Shown here piece by piece: positions 1 to 8,065 of a stretch of DNA of 17,200 nucleotides. The position numbers were made by a program, and so were the translations under genes. Each line of letters starts with the position of its first letter. The stretch's first letter is position 1. Below the pieces are notes generated by a model that was given only the letters and a program-made list of their open reading frames with translations, made no database searches and was not told where the DNA came from. Origin of the DNA: Octopus sinensis (Eukaryota); contig NW_021824612.1 of the NCBI RefSeq assembly GCF_006345805.1, positions 1 to 17,200 of the forward strand. Reading direction: 5' to 3'.

Positions 1-229
1 CGTGACAGAAGAAGAATTTAGCAACTTTGACTTTTAACTACCCACTGAAAATCTCAAAGAATAAGAACCATAAAAGATTTGGGATATTGTCACAAACTAT
101 GGCTTCATGATTGTCGTTTAAATTACATTTTTACAGGAATGCCACACTTATTAAGCAGGGGAAGATTGTGTTTTATTTCACATCCATCCAAGCTGTGCTA
201 ATCCATTAATAGCATCTAAAAAAGAATTT

Positions 230-332
230 TGTCTGAAATAAAAAAAATATGGCTAGAACTAAACAAACTGCTCGAAAATCTACTGGAGCAAAAGTTCCAA
301 GGAAACAATTGTCTGCAAAATCTGCTCGCAAG
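230..332 (+). other. Captured histone H3 5'UTR + codons 1-28 (tail through K27)
   Basis: Near-identical to the reverse complement of ~11920-12021 (H3 gene). Identity stops right after ...gctcgcaag. Upstream 1-229 does not match the H3 promoter. Confidence 0.95.
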
Positions 333-2061
333 CTGTCTGCACTAAGAAGACTATGCAGAAGTGGAGGCGTTCCCGCTTCGCACTCCCCGGAGGACAAGAC
401 GGTTCAGTGTGCCACTACGATGAACTGCCGGAGCCGTGGTTCACCGCCACGTGCTTCCGGCTATTCTAGTGGTGTTTTTAATTCTTTAGGTCAAAGCAGG
501 AGGTCGAAGCCTGGACCCTCCCAGATGGGTTCAGCACTCACTGAAGACTCTTCTCCCTCTGCTCCCCCTTTGGCTGGTGTCGGGGGAGCAGCAGCTGCAA
601 CAGGTACTAATTGTTTGGTAGCCACGACAACCGCACAGCATGCTGGTTCGCCACGTGTTTGCGGTTTGTCTAGTGGTGCCAAACCCAGCCAACTTAAGTC
701 ATTTAATGCTAACAGGGTGTCGTCTCCTGGCCCGCTCCGGTGGGTCCGGCAGGAAATAAGGTTCCCCCGAGGACGGTTGGCACACGGTGGGGAAGCCGAA
801 ACGTGTTGTGGCCGTCCAACCCCTAATGTTTTAGGTACTGGGTGTGCGTCCGCTCAGGTGGATGCACACCCAAAGAAGACCACTGGCGCGGGGGGTAGAA
901 TTACCTTGGTGCTGTGGCACGACTTGAGGTCCTCCCTACAAGTGGGAAGGCCTCGGTCGTAAAGATCTTAGGTACGTTAGACTCTATCCAGCCTTCAAAG
1001 CTGTATAGAGTCCTGAAGAGGGAGCCCACCCAATTCCTGCTTGGGTGGGGAGAAGGAGGAGGACTTCTTCAGCTTTAAAGGAGAGCTGGAGAAGTCCAGC
1101 CCGTTCGGTCCTGGCATGCATCGGCTTGTCAGGATTGAACAAAAGGTAAGGCAGGTAAGAGTCCTGCTCCTCGGGGTCCCCCGGGACTTCGAGGATAATG
1201 ACCTTTTAGGACACATACAGCGGGAGTAACCCAGTGCCTCTGCCCTTGCACGCTTCAAGCAGGGTAACCGCCCTCTTGAAGTGGTGGAGGTCATCCTGGG
1301 ATCTCCTGCGGAAGCCGAGCGCCTAGTACTTCTGGGTACTAGGATCGGCTACATTAGGATGAGAGCTGCCTGGCCCCGCCCGAAAGCCACCCAATGCTTT
1401 CGGTGTCAGGGGTTCGGGCACATCTCCACAAAGTGCCCAGATAAGGCGAAGTGCCTTATTTGCGGTGGGGAGCATGGTCGCAAGACGTGCCCCTCACCAT
1501 CCAAGGAGAGGCAGTGTGTCAACTGTGGTAAGTTGGGACACACTGCCAACTTCAGAGGTTGCCCCAAGTTCAAGGAGGCAACCCGAAAGGTAGGTGGGGA
1601 TGTAATCCCAACAGTAAGTCGCCCGCGTCGCGTCGCGCGCCCTGCGCCAAAACCTGGCAAGCAGGCGATACTGGCCAAACCTTCCAAATCCGTTTGGGTG
1701 GCGAAGACAGTGGAACTGTGAGCCATGCTACGTGTGGGTCGGTGCAGCCTTCGTCGACAAAGTTGGCAAAGCAGGTGAAAGCTTCCGAGTCCGCTTGGTT
1801 GCCTAAGCCGGCAATGCCTTCTGAGGCGGCTACGGCGGCGCCGTCCGGCACAACCTGGGGCTGAAAAGGCGTCCTCCATACGTGGAGATGCCATTGCACT
1901 CAGCCCCTGGCGAGCGTGTACCGCAGGACAGTATTAATCCTGCGGTGCAATTATGCGTTTCCCTATTAAAATTTTGTAGGGAGATGAATTGCAGTGTAGA
2001 GGAAATGCTACACTGCAACGTTGCCGAGGCCAAGAAGATCCTTGGCGAAGAACCGATATGA
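249..2061 (+). CDS. Family A ORF1 (gag-like nucleic-acid-binding protein) with N-terminal histone H3 tail + H4 peptide; split by several single-base indels
   Basis: Starts [41 protein letters not shown]. Knuckles CFRCQGFGHISTKC, CLICGGEHGRKTC, CVNCGKLGHTANFRGC (~1395-1562). Ends ...KKILGEEPI* (TGA 2059-2061), read by comparison with copy 2, whose indels fall elsewhere. Confidence 0.8.
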
Positions 2062-4660
2062 TGCTCAACATCATATCGGTGAACGCGCGTTCCTTGGAAG
2101 GAAAAAGGGACGCCGTTCAGAGGATGTTGGCCACCACGAGTGCGGACATTCTGGTGGTCAACGAAACGAAGGTAAAGGGGGGTCCGTACGTAGTCGATGG
2201 CTACAACTGTCGTCACATACCCTGGAAACAGGGGTCAATATGTGGCACAGGAACTAGCCTCTTCTACAAGCCCTACCTTGCCTTGCAGAGTCCAGGTATA
2301 TGTTCATGTAGCTTGTGTGAATTCCTCCAAGTGAGAATTCGCATAGGCGAGTTAACATTTTACCTAGGCGGGATGTACTCGAAGAACTTTACGGCGTGCT
2401 CCTGGCACGTACGGGAGTTCTTTGAAAAGCATCCGAAGGCCATGGTTGTTGGGGACCTGAATGCCAAGCATCAAGATCTTGGTTTCAGGGTAACCAACTC
2501 GCATGGTTTGGCTCTGAAGACGCTGGTTGAAGACCTCGGGCTGGAAATCCGGACTTCGAGCGAGCCAAACCACGTCGACGCGAGGGGAGGACGTGACTGG
2601 CTAGGGCTTGCTCTGGTCAGTCCCGGTCTTCTAAATTGGGTTAGTAAAACTATTTTATTGTCCGATATTGGGAGCGACCATCTGCCTCTATTGCACGAAC
2701 TCCGTGAGCCAGTTCCTCAAAGGGTCCCAGGATACTTTGACCTCCGGGTGGGTTCCTGGGCTAACCTGGAGAGTTTCATGGCCAGCAGGTTGCCCTCACT
2801 TCTGGTGGGGAATACCTGCGCCAACATACGTGAGTTGGAGGCGCTTGATAATGGAATCAATGCTGCCCTGACTGATTACATGCGAGATAATTTCAAACAG
2901 AACTCAGTGCAGGGTCAGTCACATTCCACGCTCCCTCACCGGATCTTAAATAAAATTAGGTTCAAGCGCCGGCTATCCAGACTACGGGACAAATGCGTTT
3001 ACGAGGAGAACCGTGTTTGGTTTCGTGGCTGGATTAGCCGGCTTCAGAGGAGATCCGAAGAGAAATCCGCGAACTCGAAAGTTCGCGGTGGGAGAGGGCC
3101 TGCCGAAGGGTGGACCCTCGCTTTCCGGACTTCTGGAAGCAGTTGAAGAGCCTGTCGGGGAGAAGGGGGGCTAAGTCAGTGCGCCTTAAACGCTCTGATG
3201 GAAACCTCGCTTCGGACCCGGTTGAGGTGGTTGAAATACTTTCAGCCCATCTCAATGGCATCTCGGGAACTGACGGAAGTCAGTTCGTAGAGACATCGTC
3301 CTTTGATACTGTCCAGCAGATATTGTCGTGGGACAAGCGCTGCCAGCTGGGCATATCAAGGAACGATGCAGGCGAAATTACTGAAGCGGAGATTCTGGCA
3401 GCAATCTCCCGAAGTAAGAACACCGCGGCGGGTTTGGATCGGATCCCGATGGCCATCTTTAAGAAGGCCCCGCCGCGGTTAATCACTGCACTAAAGGTTT
3501 TATTTAACGGGAGCTTGCGACTTGGGATGATTCCCTCCAGGTGGAAAGTGGCTGAGGTAATCCTTATCGGAAAGCCGGGAAGCCACATGATGTCCCCGGG
3601 GGATATAGGCCCATTTCCTTGCTCCCCGCAATATCTAAAATCCTAGAAAGAATTATGCACCAAAGGCTCCTGGAGGAGCTGATGGTTGCAGACGCCCTCC
3701 CTGAGTTCCAATGGGGCTTCAGGGAGGGCCGCTCATGCGGGGACTGCCTTCACAAGGTGTCGTCTGGTATGAAGAACGCCCTCCAGAAAAGGGAATGCGG
3801 TATTTTAGTTAGTCTCGACATTGAAAAGGCCTTTGACTCGGTGTGGCACGACGGCCTCCGGAGTTCCCTTCACGTGTGGGGTCTCCGTGTCTAAGGCGCT
3901 GGCTGTCGGGGTTTCTTGAATCTCGCAGGCAGGTCGTGCGGCATCAGGGGGTCTTTTCTAAAGTCGCAACAGTCCTTCGCGGGGTCCCTCAGGGCTCTGT
4001 GCTCAGTCCGACACTATTCAATGTGTTTATGGCCACTGCGCCTATGCCAGTCAATGCTCGTACTGAAATGGTAATCTATGCAGACGACATTATCCTCTGG
4101 GATCACTCAATGAAACCGGAGTGTGCGTGTCGTAGGCTTCAGGTTGCTGTGGATGGACTTGCAAACTGGTGTGGGAGTAGGGGTCTGAGAATGTGCGCGG
4201 ACAAGTGCAGTGTCCTTAAAGTCTGTAAAAGACGAGGGGTTACACTAATTTTGTTCCTAGGTTATTGCTGAGCGGGTCAGCAATCGCTGCAGTGATCGGA
4301 TGACTTATTTGGGCGTGCTCTTTAAGCCGTCCGGTAAGTTTGATGATCACATTGCACGTACGAAAATGCGTGCAATGCAGCGATTAGGTGCGTTGCGTGC
4401 TTTCCGCTTGAGCAGAGGTGCCTGGTTCCGCGTGTTAACGCCATGGTGTTACCCGTCTTGACCTATGGCGTCCACGCTTGGTACCTCTATGAGGACAGGG
4501 ATAAGCATGTTGACGTGCTTAAAAAATAAGAAGACGAGCCATAAGGCTAGCCTATGGCTTAGGATTCCGGACTGAGCTCTCCGACGCCCAGGAATCATCT
4601 CTCAAAGGCCTCTCTGAGGTCCTAGAGAAGATTATTTCTGGATGGCAGGTAAGGCGGTAA
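2058..4660 (+). CDS. Family A ORF2: APE endonuclease + reverse transcriptase (frameshifted in this sequence)
   Basis: MMLNIISVNARSL, VVNETK, VGDLNAKH, GSDHLP (APE). AAGLDRI, WKVAEVILIGKPG, KILER, QWGFREGRS, LDIEKAFDSVWHDGL, GVPQGSVLSPTLFN, IYADD (YADD 4077-4088), YLGV (RT). Stop TAA 4658-4660. No RNase H or C-terminal CCHC recognised. Confidence 0.9.
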
Positions 4661-4755
4661 GTCTTAACCTGTGGTTGTGTGTAGGGAGGCGTGTGTGAGA
4701 TGGAGACTGAAAAGGCAGCGATGCCGAAGGTCTACTTAGTTAGTTTTTAACTCCC

Positions 4756-4798
4756 TTAACTTATAATGTTTTTTCCCCCCCGCCTGAAACTGTTTTGT
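4756..4798 (+). promoter_or_regulatory. Diverged H3-like core promoter (TATA + leader) upstream of element B ORF1
   Basis: ttaacttataa-N15-gcctgaaactgttttgt versus the H3 upstream ttaactatataa-N14-gcctgaaacttgttctgt (reverse complement of ~12019-12062). Confidence 0.55.
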
Positions 4799-4821
4799 TA
4801 ACCAAACTGTTGGTTCAGAGA

Positions 4822-6167
4822 ATGGCACCTAAGAAAAACTCAAAAGAAAACGCAAAAGCAAACACTGAAGGACAAAAAAGAACAAAAGTTCCAAGGAAAC
4901 AATTGTCTACAATAAGAAACCTATGTCGAAGTGGGAGTGTTCTGACGGATCGGACGGCTCAACATGTTTCCATCAAAGTTGAAGAAGATTCCACCGAACA
5001 ATTTGGAGGTGCTCCGACGGTCCAGATGGTTCAAGGAGAGCCCTCCAAAGTTGAAGAATCCACCGAACCCCCGAGGTCTGACCTTAACAGCTCAGGCCTC
5101 ACATTCACTCTGAGCATTAATAACCCGGCACTTGGAAAGATCAAGAGGTTTAACCTCCTATCCAAGTCGCCAACTGCCTCCAAAGCACGGATTACATTAC
5201 AACGCTCAGGCTCCTTCACTCTTGAGTTCAGGAGCCCCGGAGATGCTGATGCATTCTCGGCTGAGCTTGCAAGATTGAACCCGTTTGGCGAAGGCGGCCA
5301 TAAACTTGCCTTAGTTACTCCGCAAAAGTCAGCACTAGTCCTAAAGGGGATTCCGCGATGGATCTCCAATCGGGACCTAGAGCTGCACCTGAAGGAAACC
5401 CTCAGTTCGGTGTTCGTTCTCGAGCGATTCACGCGAGATGGTCTCGACATCCCAGTTGCTAAGCTGACGCTTGACTCACGAGCTGAAGCTACTTCTTTGA
5501 TCCGCACCGGAATCACAGCTGGTTTCTGCCTTATCACCTGTGAATGGTTCAGGCCTCCTGTCGTCCGATGTTTCCATTGTCAGAGATTCGGACACCTGTC
5601 CCGTAACTGTCAAGAAAAAGCCCGGTGCTTATACTGCGGCAAGGACCACGACCGGAGGGAATGCCCAGGCAGCAAACAAAGTCCAGTGGAGCCCTGCGGT
5701 CGGCATTGTATCAATTGTGACCGCCCCGGCCACCTCGCTTCGTATGGTGGATGCCCGACGGCCAAAGCTGCAACAGCAGCTAAATGGGCCGCCCGCGCAG
5801 AAGCAATGCCTCGGTCTCCTAACCCAACCCGCATGGAAATGGTAAAAGCTAAGCCGGTCACGCCTATCTGGAAAGTACGGCCGCTAATAACCCCGTGTGT
5901 GGCGGACGCCCATACCCAGACGACGCAAGTCGTTGAGGTTGGTGCGCAGAGCATGCAGGCCCCTGTCGCCGAGGCTGTGAAACCGAGGCCCGTCAGCCCA
6001 ATAAGGAACGGTACTCAGCAGCCAAAACGCAGGCGAAGGTATAGACTCACAACAAGGATGCTCTGTTGGAATTTTACCAACGCTGTGTCGACTCACTGCT
6101 GAAACTGGGAGTCAAACCCAAGAAGCTAGAGGAGCTCCTATCAGAGAGGAGCTCGCCAGCAAAATGA
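4822..6167 (+). CDS. Element B ORF1 (gag-like, 3x CCHC) with H2B/H3/H4 mosaic N-terminus; one late frameshift
   Basis: MAPK..GQKR (H2B-like), KVPRKQLS (H3), TIRNLCRSGSV (H4-like). Knuckles CFHCQRFGHLSRNC, CLYCGKDHDRREC, CINCDRPGHLASYGGC. The alternative frame ends ...ERSSPAK* overlapping the ORF2 ATG. Confidence 0.8.
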
Positions 6168-6716
6168 CCACGCCACTAAAAATCATCGCTGTGAATGCCC
6201 GATCTGTCAAGAGACGGCACCTCGACTTCGTTGAGATGGTAAACAGCGGCCATCCTGACTTAATCGTCGTCAACGAGTCTAAGCTGAAAGAAGGTCAATG
6301 CTTCGAATTGCCAGGATACTGCTCCCTTGACCTGAAATGGAGAAATAACTCTACGCCTGGGACTGGGACGACTATCTACTACCTGCAAAATCTCAAGACA
6401 CGTAACCTCAAGACTATCGAACGGAACCTATGCGAATTTATCTCGCTAGAGATTAAAACCCAGCGCTTTTGGTTAAAAGTGGGCGGAATATATTGCAAAA
6501 ACCTTGCTCCATGCATCGGTCTTATCGAAGACTTCTTTGTCAGCTCAAATCATTGCCTCCTCATCGGTGATCTAAACTCCAAACACACGGCATTTGGTTG
6601 TCGCGTGACCAATCGGGACGGCCGGTTACTTGAAAGAGCGGCAGGTAGGCTAGACGTCTGTGTCCGCACCTCGAAAGCCCGGAACCACCGCTCCCCATTC
6701 GGCTGGGACAACCTTT
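6164..6716 (+). pseudogene. Element B ORF2 fragment: APE endonuclease N-terminal part
   Basis: LKIIAVNARSV, IVVNESK, IGDLNSKH, TNRDGRLL; homologous to family A APE; truncated before the SDH motif. Confidence 0.85.
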
Positions 6717-7999
6717 GCGTAGCACCCCAGTAGGGTCAGGGCTCCTACACAACAGCGGAAGCATTCCAGTTGGGAATCTCTGTTGTGTAGGTCCTGATCC
6801 GAGAGGGGACCTCTTTGTGACAAAGCTTTGTCACGGTGGGTTTTTCTCCTCTTATGAGGGACAGCCGAGCGGACCACTTCTGAGTTATGGCACTCATTAG
6901 TGGTTGTCTTCGAGTTTGTGATTGTGCTGGGGGCCGGCGACGTCTGAGTAGAGACATCGACTTTGGACGGACTTGGAGGAGCCGCTTTTGTCCAGACTGA
7001 TTTCATCGGTTCGGCTTTTACCCAGCGTACTGGGCTTTTTGTCTGTGGGCTCTTCGCAACCCTTGAGGCTGCTGTTGCTGCTTTGGCAGACGGACATCCA
7101 CCGTAGCAAGCCAAGTGCCCAGTGTTCTTGCAGTTAATGCAAGTTTTTGCAGCTGGGACACTCGGTTTCGGCTTGAAACCCGGGCAGTTTTGGTGCCTGT
7201 GTTCTTTACCGCAGAGGAGACAACGGAGTTTTTCGGAGCATCTGTAGGACGTATGTCCGAACTGATTGCAACGGAAGCATCTCGTTGCTGACGGCTTGTG
7301 CCATTCGCAGCGGATATGGCTGAAGCCCGCAGTTATTCCAAAGTCCGATTCTAGACTTTCTCTCAAGTGGAGGTTAAGATCCTCTGTCGAGATCCAATGA
7401 GGGATTCCTTTAAGGACCAAGACTGAGGCCTTCTCAGCTACTGAGGCAAGTTTATGGCCGCCTTCGCCAAACATATTCGATTGAGACAGCTCTGCTTTGA
7501 AAGCAGCAGCATCCTCGGGCGAACTGAATTTTAGAATGAAGGTGCCGGACTTCTGTAAAGTTATCCGGGCTTTCGAAGCAGTTGGAGACTTGGATAAAAG
7601 GTTAAACCTCTTGATCTTTCCAAGTGCCGAGTTTTCGATACTCAGAGAATATGTGAGGTTTGAGCTGTTAGGCTCAGTTGTCGTCTGATGGCATTGGGTC
7701 TCAATGTGTTTTTGAGTCACAGCAGGGTTCGGATGTTCGGTGGGATATTCATCTTTTATGGGTTCGCAAAAGGGCTGTGGCTTTGCCGCTGTTCGTCTTT
7801 GAACATGGGAGCAAGCTTTGATTGATGAGAGATTTTGTTTATTCTTTGACATCCCAAGTTGATTATGTACTGTCTTTAAAATTTTCATAAGATATATGGA
7901 AAAAGTTTTCCTTTTCTTTTTTTTCTTTGTAGCAACAGAAACATTTTTGTTTTTTATAGGAGCTCTTTTTTGTCCCTTTGTGCTAACTTTAGGTGCCAT
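6650..7999 (-). CDS. H2B(1-52)-ORF1 in-frame fusion protein (last ~20 codons run into antisense element B)
   Basis: Uninterrupted frame from the H2B ATG (7999): MAPKVSTK...HNQLGMSK|NKQNLSSI...CFRCNQFGHTSYRC...CLLCGKEHRHQNC...CINCKNTGHLACYGGC. About 31-aa in-frame deletion relative to B. Confidence 0.75.
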   Translation of the reverse strand: MAPKVSTKGQKRAPIKNKNVSVATKKKKKRKTFSIYLMKILKTVHNQLGMSKNKQNLSSIKACSHVQRRTAAKPQPFCEPIKDEYPTEHPNPAVTQKHIETQCHQTTTEPNSSNLTYSLSIENSALGKIKRFNLLSKSPTASKARITLQKSGTFILKFSSPEDAAAFKAELSQSNMFGEGGHKLASVAEKASVLVLKGIPHWISTEDLNLHLRESLESDFGITAGFSHIRCEWHKPSATRCFRCNQFGHTSYRCSEKLRCLLCGKEHRHQNCPGFKPKPSVPAAKTCINCKNTGHLACYGGCPSAKAATAASRVAKSPQTKSPVRWVKAEPMKSVWTKAAPPSPSKVDVSTQTSPAPSTITNSKTTTNECHNSEVVRSAVPHKRRKTHRDKALSQRGPLSDQDLHNRDSQLECFRCCVGALTLLGCYAKVVPAEWGAVVPGFRGADTDV

Positions 8000-8054
8000 T
8001 ATCCACAAAATTTGCAAGTTCTGAAGGGAAAAAATCTCATATAATAAAAAAGTA
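6713..8054 (-). mobile_element. Element C: relative of B whose ORF1 is fused behind H2B 5' flank and 52 H2B codons; 3'-truncated
   Basis: Shares ALGKIKRFNLLSKSPTASKARITLQ and three knuckles with B. 7842-8054 matches H2B 15150-15362. Confidence 0.85.
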
Positions 8055-8065
8055 CTTGAAAGAGC

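Larger units (their letters stand above)
230..4755 (+). mobile_element. Non-LTR retrotransposon family A, copy 1, apparently full length (H3-headed ORF1 + APE-RT ORF2 + short 3'UTR); Jockey/I/L2-like, clade unresolved
   Basis: Three CCHC knuckles, APE motifs, RT motifs with YADD, overlapping ORF1 stop/ORF2 start. The 5' end coincides with the start of identity to the H3 5'UTR. The 3' boundary is approximate (no poly-A seen). Confidence 0.9.
4756..6716 (+). mobile_element. Non-LTR retrotransposon B (histone-mosaic-headed ORF1 + truncated APE), directly tandem to A
   Basis: ORF1 with 3 CCHC knuckles, then an APE domain that breaks off where inverted element C begins (~6713-6716). Boundaries approximate. 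Confidence 0.85.

Noticed and set aside
1-229. Possible gene or H3 promoter upstream of copy 1; target-site duplication
   Set aside because: No recognisable ORF, no histone motif, and no matching repeat found at the 3' end of A.
1395-1562. Retroviral/LTR Gag or prokaryotic retron/group II intron interpretation
   Set aside because: No LTRs, protease or integrase; APE-RT with a triple-knuckle ORF1 and histone genes indicates eukaryotic LINEs.
249-4660. Frameshifts as programmed recoding or proof of pseudogenisation
   Set aside because: Indels fall at different places in each copy, often in homopolymers, and also hit the histone genes; sequencing error is more likely, though decay cannot be excluded.
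4800-4815. Hairpin as a histone 3' stem-loop
   Set aside because: The 6+4 geometry fits, but the sequence does not match the SLBP consensus and it lies 5' of an ORF.
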